A stretch of 64,000 nucleotides of DNA, from positions 7,947 to 71,946 of the forward strand of contig CAYHXC010000005.1 in NCBI GenBank assembly GCA_964360585.1, in the 5' to 3' direction. The translations under genes and the position numbers were made by a program. This document shows positions 9,774 to 18,886 of the stretch, piece after piece. A model generated the notes under the pieces. The model searched no databases. It saw only the letters and a program-made list of their open reading frames with translations, and was not told the origin of the DNA. Within the stretch, counting starts at the first letter, position 1. Each line of letters opens with the position of its first letter. Source of the stretch: an uncultured Candidatus Saccharibacteria bacterium (GTDB lineage: Bacteria > Patescibacteriota > Minisyncoccia > UBA6257 > 2-01-FULL-56-20).

Positions 9774-10181
9774 ATGATAGAGAAAAACTACATCGATAAA
9801 TTGGCTTGGATATACGTTAAGGACGGGAAGGTATTGAGTACTCGTTCGAAAGGAAAAGATACGTATTACATTCCTGGTGGCAAGCGGGAGGGAAATGAAA
9901 CAGATTTACAGGCATTGATGAGAGAAATACAGGAAGAGTTAAATATTGAGCTTATTCCTGAGACAGTGGAGCATTTTGAAACCTTTGAAGCACAAGCTCA
10001 TGGAAAGCCAGAGGGAACGGTGGTGAGAATGACGTGCTACACGAGTGGCTTCCGAAGAGAAATAAAGGCCAGTTCGGAAATTGAGGAAGTGGTATGGCTG
10101 GATTATTCGGGCAGAGAAAAAAGTTCTCCTGTAGATAAATTAATCTTTGATTACTTGAAGAACAAAAATCTTATCGGCTAG
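9774..10181 (+). CDS. NUDIX hydrolase
   Basis: PGGKREGNETDLQALMREIQEELNI Nudix box. Confidence 0.9.
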   Translation: MIEKNYIDKLAWIYVKDGKVLSTRSKGKDTYYIPGGKREGNETDLQALMREIQEELNIELIPETVEHFETFEAQAHGKPEGTVVRMTCYTSGFRREIKASSEIEEVVWLDYSGREKSSPVDKLIFDYLKNKNLIG

Positions 10182-10194
10182 TTTATCAATCCCT

Positions 10195-10497
10195 ATGAAA
10201 TCAAAAGGGTTTGGTGTTGGCGTGTTGGTGGGAGTAGCAGTGGTGATTCTGGGCTCAATATATCTATTTACCCCGTACTGTTTCTTGCGTCCGACTATTT
10301 TTCCGCCGGACGTACCAGCTTGTCAGGGATTCTTGAGTTACTTCGGCTATCCAATTTTAGCGATCATGATTCCATTGACGTGGCTTGGTATTTCGGAGAA
10401 TTTAGCTTTTGATTTGAGCATCATCGTTCTAATTCTGCTCGGCGGACTCATGGGGAAAATTCTACAGTGGTTCTATAAAATTGTGTCCAAAAAATAA
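10195..10497 (+). CDS. Small membrane protein, hypothetical
   Basis: About three hydrophobic segments. Confidence 0.6.
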   Translation: MKSKGFGVGVLVGVAVVILGSIYLFTPYCFLRPTIFPPDVPACQGFLSYFGYPILAIMIPLTWLGISENLAFDLSIIVLILLGGLMGKILQWFYKIVSKK

Positions 10498-10529
10498 GAG
10501 AGTATAATCTAGTGAGAATCGGAGGTGTT

Positions 10530-10718
10530 ATGAGTAACTGGGACGGGGAAAACTGGAAAAAACCAGAAGGGCATAGAAAAGATTTAGCAAGTGTGGAGTA
10601 TAGGGGTTCTTTCGGCACAATTCCCTATGACCGCGCCACTAGGAATCCACTTTGCCCCAAGTGCGGAGGAGAAACGGATCAAGCAGGGGAGCACTGTCTT
10701 AGTTGTCTATTGGGATAG
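10530..10718 (+). CDS. Small zinc-ribbon protein
   Basis: GGAGGT SD; CPKC-x9-CLSC; followed by a terminator. Confidence 0.6.
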   Translation: MSNWDGENWKKPEGHRKDLASVEYRGSFGTIPYDRATRNPLCPKCGGETDQAGEHCLSCLLG

Positions 10719-10730
10719 ATTATAGAGCTC

Positions 10731-10762
10731 AACCGTTCTGGTTCGCCAGCACGGTTTTTTTT
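10731..10762 (+). terminator. Intrinsic terminator
   Basis: aaccgttctgg-ttcg-ccagcacggtt followed by a T tract. Confidence 0.7.
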
Positions 10763-10842
10763 GACTATTCAATTTAATCCCAGTAAAGACATTGTTGTGG
10801 TACACTAACACTATATTAGTTACTTAGTATACTGTAATACAT

Positions 10843-11427
10843 ATGATCGAGAAGAAATATCTTGAAGAGAAGTATATTCGAAATAAGAAATCAACAAGAG
10901 AGATAGCGATCGAGCTCAAGTGTTCTGAGCACAAGGTGAATTACTGGCTTGGGAAGCATAATATTTTAAAGAGGAATATCAGTGAAGCAATTTATCTGTA
11001 CCATAATCCGAATGGCGACCCTTTTGTTTTTTACGAGCCGAAGAATCAAGAGGAGTCTTTTCTTTTTGGCCTCGGCCTAGGTCTTTACTGGGGTGAAGGA
11101 ACAAAAGCGGACAAAATGTCAGTCCGTCTCGGTAATACTGATCCAAACTTGATAAAAAAATTTATAGAATTTCTTGTAGTAATATTCGGAATTGATAGAT
11201 TAGATCTTCGTTTTGGTCTCCAGTTATTTTCGGATATGAATGTCGAAGAAGCTATGGACTTTTGGATGAAAAGCCTTAGAATTTCAAAAGCTCAGTTTTA
11301 TAAGGTGGTAGTTACGCCCTCTCACAAAATTGGAACGTATCGTAAAAAGACTCTGTATGGAGTTTTGACTGTTTATTACCACAATAAGAAACTGAGAGAT
11401 TTACTAATCAGTAAATTGCCGTTGTAG
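10843..11427 (+). CDS. HTH + LAGLIDADG-like homing endonuclease family protein; stop codon lies inside tRNA-Thr(GGU)
   Basis: STREIAIELKCSEHKVNYWL HTH; LGLGLYWGEG LAGLIDADG-like helix; NTDP..IKKFIEFL. Confidence 0.65.
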   Translation: MIEKKYLEEKYIRNKKSTREIAIELKCSEHKVNYWLGKHNILKRNISEAIYLYHNPNGDPFVFYEPKNQEESFLFGLGLGLYWGEGTKADKMSVRLGNTDPNLIKKFIEFLVVIFGIDRLDLRFGLQLFSDMNVEEAMDFWMKSLRISKAQFYKVVVTPSHKIGTYRKKTLYGVLTVYYHNKKLRDLLISKLPL

Positions 11428-11700
11428 CTCAGCTGGTAGAGCAACTCCATGGTGGATCGCAAAATCCTGCCCATCAAAGGAGAAATCCTTTGATGAATCC
11501 CGAATAACGGTTAACGGCCAAACAGTGGCTAAGACCGTGGCCCAATTGAGGGCCCGAACGACTGACAAGGGCCCCGCCAACCTTCGATGATCTTGAATAT
11601 ATCGAGGGCGGGGAAGATACAGTCTAGCCTTCTAGGATGTTTTTAAAACTAGAAGTGTAAGCGAAGGAGTAGGTCGCCGGTTCAATTCCGGCCAACGGCT
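11418..11700 (+). tRNA. tRNA-Thr(GGU) with intron (exons 11418-11453 and 11664-11700)
   Basis: GCCGTTG/CAACGGC acceptor; spliced arm actcc-ATGGT|AA-ggagt pairs perfectly; T arm gccgg-ttcaatt-ccggc. Confidence 0.9.
11454..11663 (+). ncRNA. Group I intron (210 nt, no ORF) at tRNA position 36/37
   Basis: 5' exon ends in U and intron ends in G; P7 GACTG (11560)/CAGTC (11620); AAGATACAGTCTA matches the S element; GAAA-capped catcaaagga/tcctttgatg stem; P8- and P9-like stems. Confidence 0.85.
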
Positions 11701-11807
11701 CAAGGAGTTTTAGATAGGAAGAATTACCGAGATTTTCGGGGATAGAATAGATTTATGGTTAAGCATCCTGAAGTTTGTCAACTTTTAAGTAGTTCTCATC
11801 GTCTTAG

Positions 11808-12587
11808 CTATCCACGAAGCCCCAAAAAATTATTTAATAAACTAGGAATTCCCAAAGCTAAAGTAGCAATAACAGTAGCCACCACGGTATACAGTAATTG
11901 TTTTTTTGCTTTGGTTAAATTTTCACTTTCTCCTCTAGCCCAAACGTATAAATAGGCAGAGTAAAGACCAGAACCAGCGATAATAGTCCATAAAAGAATC
12001 TGAAATTGAGTTACAATACCGGTCAGTAAGCCTACGATATCCTGAACCGAACAAATTGGCCCTTGGCATGGAGGTAAAGAAAGTGAGTTATTTGATCCTC
12101 CGGTTGGTGGAGTAGAATTATTGGGACTAGCGTTGGAAGGAGGCGGATTGAGTGGTGTGGGAGGATTAGGGGGGCTACTAGCGGGAGGTTGCGGAGGTGG
12201 ATTCGTATTTGCCGTAGGAGACTTCCACTGATTTTCTGGAGCATTTGGGTCAACCAGATAATAGTTATCTAGGGAATCGTAATGTGTACAACGAATTGCT
12301 TGGCGCTTATCAGCAAAACTTGGTAATCCATTAATGATATATTGACAGTCGGACAAGACTTTTGACTCACACACCGGATCGCTGCTCGGCATATTGTAGA
12401 CAGGACATATTGGTTTCCACTCACCGGTAGCGAGCAATCTTACCTGTATTCTCCAGGCTATGTCGTTGGATCCGGGTATGGCTTGGTTAGGGTTTCCCCA
12501 GAATGACTTGAGTATTGCGTGTGTCGTTATTGGAGTAGCCAGTAAAATAACGGCAATAAAGAACTTGTACGACCTAAGAGGAGCCAT
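11808..12587 (-). CDS. Secreted protein with Pro-rich linker and C-terminal TrbC/VirB2-like pilin segment
   Basis: Signal peptide, Cys-containing domain, PPQPP linker, two TM helices separated by ARGESENLTKAKKQL. Confidence 0.65.
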   Translation of the reverse strand: MAPLRSYKFFIAVILLATPITTHAILKSFWGNPNQAIPGSNDIAWRIQVRLLATGEWKPICPVYNMPSSDPVCESKVLSDCQYIINGLPSFADKRQAIRCTHYDSLDNYYLVDPNAPENQWKSPTANTNPPPQPPASSPPNPPTPLNPPPSNASPNNSTPPTGGSNNSLSLPPCQGPICSVQDIVGLLTGIVTQFQILLWTIIAGSGLYSAYLYVWARGESENLTKAKKQLLYTVVATVIATLALGIPSLLNNFLGLRG

Positions 12588-12731
12588 ATTAAGGAAAGAT
12601 ATTATAATCTAGGTGTTCGCCGCCTTACTATAGCAAATAAGTGACGGCTAACGGTAGGCAGGTTGTGGACAGCAGCTCCGAAATGGTAGAATGGGACGAA
12701 AGGTTTATACTGAAGAAAATTATATACCCAC

Positions 12732-13628
12732 ATGAATTTCGAATCAATGCCAGGGGCTAGTGAAGTTCCCTCAGAAGATCAAGAAAGTATCGAATTGGCT
12801 GAAAAAACTGAAAATTTTACGTTAAATCTTAAGGAAGTTGCTAAATTAAAAGTACTGAAGAAGTACGCTGAAGAAATGGGAGGTGATTCTTTTGACATAA
12901 ACACCCACGCTCTCATCAAAGATTTCGATAGCTATATGGCGAGAAGAATTCCAGAAATCGGGTTAGAGAAAGCAGGTGTAGAGATGCGCAATATGGTAGA
13001 TGAGGCATTCCAGAGGATTCCCGAAAACAAGCGTGCTGAGTTATTTGAAGCCATTAAGAGTGAAAGTAATGAGATAGATCAACCCGAAATTGAGACGAAG
13101 GAAGAGAGGGAACCCACAGAAGCAGATCAAGAAGAAAAGAAGGACGATGGAGTAAAGACCCGATTAGAGGCCAGGGATTCTCCATTAACTGTGCGTGATG
13201 CGGTCGAGATAATGAAAGACGCCCAATCTTTACGGAGTTTCTGGGAAGTAATGAAAAGATTTGCTACAGATCAGGGAATAGGTTTTGAAGTTGCTAGACG
13301 AGGAGTTAATAACAGTAAATGGCCAACTATTTTTGACGAATTTGATCGAGTTATCATTGAAGGAGATGAGCAGAAGATTTTCCTTGATGATCTAAAGAAG
13401 GCAAGGTCGGTCGAGGAGATAAAATCTGCTCTAGTTGATATTGCTCGCGTGCAGGATCTTCCTGAAGGCGAAGTACGTTTCAAAGTGGGAGAACATGGTG
13501 GAGGGGGTGGAGATCTTTCTGGGTATTTGGACTATATTGATCGTTGCGATAAAGATAAGACACGTCTGGTACAGAATCCTAAAGATCCGATCCGAGCAGC
13601 GGTTGCGCGAGTTTTGGAGTTTAGGTAA
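12732..13628 (+). CDS. Acidic hypothetical protein
   Basis: 298-aa ORF, E/D/K-rich. Confidence 0.7.
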   Translation: MNFESMPGASEVPSEDQESIELAEKTENFTLNLKEVAKLKVLKKYAEEMGGDSFDINTHALIKDFDSYMARRIPEIGLEKAGVEMRNMVDEAFQRIPENKRAELFEAIKSESNEIDQPEIETKEEREPTEADQEEKKDDGVKTRLEARDSPLTVRDAVEIMKDAQSLRSFWEVMKRFATDQGIGFEVARRGVNNSKWPTIFDEFDRVIIEGDEQKIFLDDLKKARSVEEIKSALVDIARVQDLPEGEVRFKVGEHGGGGGDLSGYLDYIDRCDKDKTRLVQNPKDPIRAAVARVLEFR

Positions 13629-13784
13629 GGTGAGTCAAAATCTTGAAACTTGCAGTTCCCTTCATATTCTAGTACTATGAGGCTCATTGATTTTGTGTCT
13701 AGATGTGGGCTTCCGCTTTCTCCGCCAGCCGGCGGATTCGGCGGGACACTCATGTTTTTAGATACATCATAGATTTATAAAAAC

Positions 13785-13964
13785 ATGGCGAAAGCAAAGC
13801 GTTCCGACAAATTAATTGGCCTCAAGTGTTCCGTCTGTCAGCGACGCAATTATTACACGCGTAAAAATAAGAAGGTGGTAGAGCGCAAGATTGAGTACAA
13901 GAAATTCTGTTCTTGGTGCCGTAAGAAAACCGTCCATAAAGAAGGAAAGATTACTGGTAAATAA
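13785..13964 (+). CDS. rpmG: 50S ribosomal protein L33 (not in ORF track)
   Basis: MAKAKRSDKLIGLKCSVCQRRNYYTRKNKK...KKFCSWCRKKTVHKE, Zn-binding form. Confidence 0.95.
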   Translation: MAKAKRSDKLIGLKCSVCQRRNYYTRKNKKVVERKIEYKKFCSWCRKKTVHKEGKITGK

Positions 13965-13999
13965 CCACCTTTCCCCGCCCCATCTTCGCAGTATGCGTA

Positions 14000-14039
14000 T
14001 TCTTCACTTATAAATGCATATGCATTTATAAGTGAAGAA
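14000..14039. repeat. 40-bp perfect loop-less palindrome
   Basis: ttcttcacttataaatgcat|atgcatttataagtgaagaa. Confidence 0.9.
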
Positions 14040-14040
14040 G

Positions 14041-14610
14041 TTATAGATTAAAAAATCTACGAATTTCACGCTCTTTCGCAATTTCTCTTGTTCGGAAGTA
14101 TAGAATATGTTTATTTAGATCAATTTCGAAAACACTGGCGATAAATTCTATCTCGGCGATACACTCGTAGGGGTATATCCAAACACTCCGCTGGAGCGGA
14201 AATAGACCAAGTCGCTTTAATTTTTCTCGAAAAGCTTCGGCGGCTTTCTTCTTTGTGACGGGAATATCATATATAAGTACCCTCCAGAACTTGTCCCAAG
14301 TGTCCGGTTTTTTAACACGCATTGAATCAATGTTGTATTGGCGAATAAGGTTTTCGCCTTTGTGTGAGAGGAGAATGCGAACTGTTCCATTGTCAAGTTC
14401 TTTAAATTCAATCAATTTGCGTCGTTCAAGCTCTCGAAGTTTCCGGGCTCGCATTCGCGCCTTTGCCGGACTGTCCTTAAAATACGCGCGAACTATTGTG
14501 TGAAGGAAGTAGGGGGAGGTACTCGCCACGATCGTCATCAATCCCAAAGAGGCGATGCGTAGCAGAGTATCTCGAGTCAAGTTTTCAGTCTTCAAAAATC
14601 CCCGAGGCAT
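14041..14610 (-). CDS. PaaX-family regulator (wHTH plus Cas2-like ferredoxin fold)
   Basis: WDKFWRVLIYDIP...FREKLKRLG...LQRSVWIYPY. Confidence 0.8.
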   Translation of the reverse strand: MPRGFLKTENLTRDTLLRIASLGLMTIVASTSPYFLHTIVRAYFKDSPAKARMRARKLRELERRKLIEFKELDNGTVRILLSHKGENLIRQYNIDSMRVKKPDTWDKFWRVLIYDIPVTKKKAAEAFREKLKRLGLFPLQRSVWIYPYECIAEIEFIASVFEIDLNKHILYFRTREIAKEREIRRFFNL

Positions 14611-14747
14611 ATTTTTAACTTATAATAGCATATGCCAGTATAGTGTAAACAGTTTGATGTAGCGGGCTTGTTAGTTGAAATATTCATTCAAAAAAAATAC
14701 CATTAATACCATTGGAAATGCGTCTTAGGTGTTTAAGTATCCCAAAG

Positions 14748-14818
14748 GGGGGTATCGTTCAATGGTAGGACTTCGGTCTCCAAAACCGAAAACCTAGGTT
14801 CGATTCCTAGTGCCCCCG
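14748..14818 (+). tRNA. tRNA-Trp(CCA)
   Basis: tcggt-CTCCAAA-accga anticodon arm; ctagg-ttcgatt-cctag T arm. Confidence 0.95.
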
Positions 14819-15010
14819 CCTTCGCCTCGCTGTAGCTCGGCTTCGGCGCGGTAAAACCCGCCATGACGAGCGAAAGCGGGATTCGGTACGCCGAAGCGTA
14901 CCTACGGCGTGATAAAACCCGCCGAAGGTTCGCGGAGGAGACCTTCGCCTTGCCAAAGCTCTAAAGAGCATAGGCGAGCTTCGTCAAAGCTTCGGCGCGG
15001 CAAAGCCCGT
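14819..15010. repeat. Cluster of GC-rich REP-like short palindromes
   Basis: cttcgcct..., gcttcggcgcgg x2 and aaaacccgcc x2 between tRNA-Trp and a GIY-YIG gene. Confidence 0.65.
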
Positions 15011-15016
15011 AAAAAG

Positions 15017-15253
15017 ATGAATTACGTTTATATTTTAGAGTGTGGCGATAATGGGTTTTATACTGGTTGTATGAATGATCCAGGTAAAAGGTTAGAGCGT
15101 CATAAAGGGGGCAAAGTCCCAGCAACCAGAGATCGGTTGCCCGTTAAGCTAACTTCTTACTTCGCTTTTGATAATAAATATACCGCTTTCAATTTCAAAA
15201 AATACCTTAAATCTGGTTCGGGCCAGACCTTTCTCAAAAAGCATCTCGTGTGA
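15017..15253 (+). CDS. Small GIY-YIG nuclease family protein
   Basis: YVYIL...FYTG...RLERHKGG...T...P.KL...YLKSGSG; the usual Glu (A...E..LK) reads Lys. Confidence 0.85.
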   Translation: MNYVYILECGDNGFYTGCMNDPGKRLERHKGGKVPATRDRLPVKLTSYFAFDNKYTAFNFKKYLKSGSGQTFLKKHLV

Positions 15254-15323
15254 GTTTCCTAACATCCACCACTTGTTCATAACTTTTCGTAAGCGTGCGT
15301 TTTATTTTGCTATACTTATAGTA

Positions 15324-15695
15324 ATGAACTCCGGACAGAAGCGAACGCTTGTGGTTTTGGGCGTAATTCTTATCGCGCTGGTTGTCATTTTTTTCTCGTA
15401 CGATTTCTCGAAACGATTTTTGCCAGGGAATCAGAAGGAAGAGGTTCGGGAGCCACTCACAGCAGAAGAAATCGACGGGATCCTCAGAGATCTTGCCCCA
15501 TCACGAAATGTTACGTCTGCATCTCAACCAATACCCACAAAAGAGGAGCAGAAAATTTTAGATTCTCTGGCTCCGCCGCCGGCCAAAGTATCCGCGGGAA
15601 CTACTCAGCGTGGATCGTATCAGTACGCGCCACCACCCGCACCACCTCCGGAAACACAAGCTCTGCTCGATAGTTTGTCACCGGCAGCTCGGTGA
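15324..15695 (+). CDS. Membrane-anchored Pro-rich hypothetical protein
   Basis: N-terminal TM; repeated ILDSLAP-like motif. Confidence 0.65.
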   Translation: MNSGQKRTLVVLGVILIALVVIFFSYDFSKRFLPGNQKEEVREPLTAEEIDGILRDLAPSRNVTSASQPIPTKEEQKILDSLAPPPAKVSAGTTQRGSYQYAPPPAPPPETQALLDSLSPAAR

Positions 15696-15755
15696 GTGGG
15701 GATAACTTAATTACCAAACAGTCAATTATTCTATAGTATTAACGTAATACGGCAC

Positions 15756-18071
15756 ATGCACAAAAAATATCTCCTTGGACTTTTTGTCGTCGTTGGTCTT
15801 TTCTCAGTTTCGTATGGTGTTTTCGGACAAACGTTTTCTGATCCAGCTTGTCCTCCTCCAGGGTGTAATAGTTACGCCCCAATTAGCGTTGGTCCTACAC
15901 CGCAATTTAAGGCGGGCAATCTTACTATCTATAGCCCCACGGTCACCGGCACGATAGCGAGCGATATTCTCCATGTTCGAGGCGGAGCGTTGATCAATTC
16001 CAGTAATACTCCCAGTGGAAAAGCTTTACTCGTTCCATTCGGTCATATAGGACTTGGGACAGAATCACCTGATCCAGCTTACACTGTTGACATTCGTGGA
16101 AGTCTTGGCTTTGGAGGTAATGTAATACCAAAAATTGAGCTTGGCAAGCCAGACGCTGGTGGGCCAATCCACCGTACAGAAGGATTATTGGGAGTAGCTG
16201 GAAATATTGTTATGAATCCTGGCATCCTCGGGAAGCGTTTTGATATGAGATATTCAGGATTTCTCGGGGGCGGCGAAGGTGGTAGTTTGCAAACGTTTAA
16301 TGGGACTATTACCCAGGGAGATATCAGTATACTGCCCGACCTATCTTTTGGAAAAGCGCCTACTGGAGATGAGGGTAATATTTACATGAAGTCAGGAGCC
16401 AGGCAGGGTAGTGTTATTGTTGGTAATGATGGATTCCAGACCCTTCGCGTGTACGGAGATATTAATGCCACTGCGAAACCAAGCCCTGCTTGGGCGTATA
16501 TCTTAGATCCATACGACGCACCGAACCCGGTGAAAGATGAGAATGTGGCTATTAATCACAACACTCCACTTGCTTCTATTGCCTGGCCGGCGGCGTGGAA
16601 TGGTGCCAATCGGATGACCTGTGACGTTTCAGTGACGAGTACTAACTGTGGGAGTAGCATTCCTGGAACAGCGGGCGGACTGGGATATCGATACGATATC
16701 TATATTAAGGCTGAAGGAGCGGTTGGGACAAATTGTGGAGTTCCTCCTAGCGGCAATTCGAGCTGCACCTTTACTGCTTATGCCTATCGTTACTATCTTG
16801 CTCCCGCGGCAGGAGCACTGGAAGGAGGAAGCATTTTCGGATCAAATCTGTTTGCTGATCGCGGTAGCTTCACAGGAAGCGTGGAAGCAGAGAATCTAAC
16901 TGTTAGTAAGATAGTGCAAGTAGGGGATGCCCTTCGTGTCGGTGGCACCAATGGGATACTACTGAGAGATAATGGTGATGCACAACTTGGAAAAGACTTT
17001 AAAGTCACTTCCTCGACGATAGATATTGCTGGAAAAAATTTAATTGTAGATCGGGGAGATATCCATACTAAGAATCTCTTGGTTAGCAGTGATACGATAA
17101 TCCTAGGAACACTCATTCCAGTGCGAATGTGCTTGGGTGGCGTATGTCACACGTCTTGGCCCACGAGTACAACTCCTGGCCCGGGTCCTGGTCCAGGAGG
17201 CGGAGTTACCGGCACAGGCGCCGTGAATCGCATGGCGGTTTGGACGGGGACTTCAACTGTGGGCCCGTCTAATTTAAGGGAGGCAGGGACTGTTCTTTCA
17301 ACCGGTGGTGTATTTGGAGTGGGGACTAATAGTCCTGAAGTAACTCGAGCACTGACAATTCAGCCACCAGCGGGACAGTTTGGTTGGCTACAACTCAAAG
17401 ATAATACTGGGGCAAATAAGTGGCATATAACGGGATTTGCGAATGGGTTAAATATCTCAGAAACTGGGGTAGCCGATCGTTTCTTCATTGCGGCTGGTGG
17501 TAATATCGGTATCGGAAAAACCAATCCAAATGCAACGCTTGAGGTTAAGGGCGACGTTAAGATTACGAGTACGGGAGCAGATAATGTTGCGTTTCATTTT
17601 GAGCCGAATGCCGGGCGACTCACCGTTGGCAGTCCGACTCAATCCGGTAAAATTTATGTAACGAGAAATAGTATTCCAACCATTCAGATCGATGGTAATA
17701 GTGGCAAAGTAAATGCCGGTCAGTTCTGCGACATTAACGGCAATAACTGCATCACTCCCGGAGGAGCCGGAGGTGGTGGTTTGGGAAACTGGACCACTAT
17801 TGGAAATGGATGGGTCGTTAATAACGCTCCAACCGATGGATTTGTCCTCGTCAGATTCAAGCAAGTGTTTGGTGGCGGTGGTCAAAGCGTTCCTTGTTCC
17901 GCTTCCATTGAAAGCCCAGTTGGCACCGTGAGACAACAAACAGATCTTCCCACGAGTGGAGTCGTACTTACTGATTCTCTTATGGCGCCGATTAAGAAAG
18001 GGGATGGTTGGAAGATGGTGACAACTTGCGCGGGATCGAATGGGTATTACTGGATTCCGATGGGGAACTAA
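15756..18071 (+). CDS. Large secreted fibre/adhesin-like surface protein
   Basis: Signal peptide; PPPGCNSYAPISVG; GNIGIGKTNPNATLEVKG and GHIGLGTESP repeats; MCLGGVCHTSW; Gly-rich. Confidence 0.7.
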   Translation: MHKKYLLGLFVVVGLFSVSYGVFGQTFSDPACPPPGCNSYAPISVGPTPQFKAGNLTIYSPTVTGTIASDILHVRGGALINSSNTPSGKALLVPFGHIGLGTESPDPAYTVDIRGSLGFGGNVIPKIELGKPDAGGPIHRTEGLLGVAGNIVMNPGILGKRFDMRYSGFLGGGEGGSLQTFNGTITQGDISILPDLSFGKAPTGDEGNIYMKSGARQGSVIVGNDGFQTLRVYGDINATAKPSPAWAYILDPYDAPNPVKDENVAINHNTPLASIAWPAAWNGANRMTCDVSVTSTNCGSSIPGTAGGLGYRYDIYIKAEGAVGTNCGVPPSGNSSCTFTAYAYRYYLAPAAGALEGGSIFGSNLFADRGSFTGSVEAENLTVSKIVQVGDALRVGGTNGILLRDNGDAQLGKDFKVTSSTIDIAGKNLIVDRGDIHTKNLLVSSDTIILGTLIPVRMCLGGVCHTSWPTSTTPGPGPGPGGGVTGTGAVNRMAVWTGTSTVGPSNLREAGTVLSTGGVFGVGTNSPEVTRALTIQPPAGQFGWLQLKDNTGANKWHITGFANGLNISETGVADRFFIAAGGNIGIGKTNPNATLEVKGDVKITSTGADNVAFHFEPNAGRLTVGSPTQSGKIYVTRNSIPTIQIDGNSGKVNAGQFCDINGNNCITPGGAGGGGLGNWTTIGNGWVVNNAPTDGFVLVRFKQVFGGGGQSVPCSASIESPVGTVRQQTDLPTSGVVLTDSLMAPIKKGDGWKMVTTCAGSNGYYWIPMGN

Positions 18072-18134
18072 TCCTTAAATATATATAAGAAATAATTGAC
18101 AAATACCGCCTCGGGCGGTATTGTCTTTTCATCT

Positions 18135-18192
18135 CCTAAGACCACAGGTTGGCGAAAGCCCTAAGTCGGACTCTGTCCGATCCTGTCGAGGA
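18135..18192 (+). promoter_or_regulatory. L10 (rplJ) leader-like RNA
   Basis: cctaagaccacaggt...cctgtcgagg resembles the L10 leader consensus; located upstream of rplJ. Confidence 0.6.
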
Positions 18193-18200
18193 CCATACAT

Positions 18201-18271
18201 TAGGGTTTAGGGTATGGGGTATAGTGGGTAGTAACTATCCACTAATCACTATCCACTAATCACTAATTACT
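18201..18271. repeat. Degenerate heptamer inverted-repeat element
   Basis: tagggtt/tagggta/tggggta/tagtggg then (ctatccactaatca)x2. Confidence 0.7.
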
Positions 18272-18373
18272 GTCCGACCTTGGGAATAAAGGTCGTTTTT
18301 ATTTTGTTCCCAAAACAAAATAAACCCTGCGAAGCTTTGAAGTCGAAGCGAAGTAGGGTAATCAATAATCTAG

Positions 18374-18886
18374 ATGAAAACAAAAGCAAAGAAAGTTGAG
18401 GAGCTGGCGAAGGCCAAGACCTACTTGAAAGATAGTAAGGCCTTGTTGTTCACGAATTTGACCGGCATGCCGGCGGAAAGTTTGCGAAAACTGCGTCGCG
18501 CTATGAGCGAACAAGGAGTTAACTTTTTCGTTCTGAAGAAGCGACTCTTAGGGATTGCCTTGAAAGATAAAGGAATCGACGTCAATCCGAAAGAAAAATT
18601 TTCCGCTTCAGTCGGCACGGCTTTTTCTCCACTCTCGATCCAGGAGGTGAGTGCGATTGCGCACAAGTTCTTGGCGAGCGCCGGCAGTAAGAAAAGCGAA
18701 GAGATGCTCGGTGGTTTCGATCTTGAAACCAGTGAGTACATCTCCGGCGAGGACGTGCAGATGTTGGGTAAATTACCGTCACGCGAGGTCCTTATTGGCC
18801 AGGTGATGGGCGGTATGATCGCTCCGCTTCGTGCTTTCTTGTATATCTTGAGCGAGAAGTCGAAGCAGGCAGCCCCCACACCATAA
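18374..18886 (+). CDS. rplJ: 50S ribosomal protein L10
   Basis: LRKLRR, V.KKRLL.IAL, LGKLPSREVLIGQ; upstream of rplL. Confidence 0.93.
   Translation: MKTKAKKVEELAKAKTYLKDSKALLFTNLTGMPAESLRKLRRAMSEQGVNFFVLKKRLLGIALKDKGIDVNPKEKFSASVGTAFSPLSIQEVSAIAHKFLASAGSKKSEEMLGGFDLETSEYISGEDVQMLGKLPSREVLIGQVMGGMIAPLRAFLYILSEKSKQAAPTP

Noticed and set aside
14041-14610. Cas2 / CRISPR system
   Set aside because: The Cas2-like motif belongs to a PaaX-type protein. There is no cas1, effector gene or repeat-spacer array in the window.
15756-18071. Prophage tail fibre
   Set aside because: It has a signal peptide and no neighbouring phage genes, so a cell-surface protein fits better.
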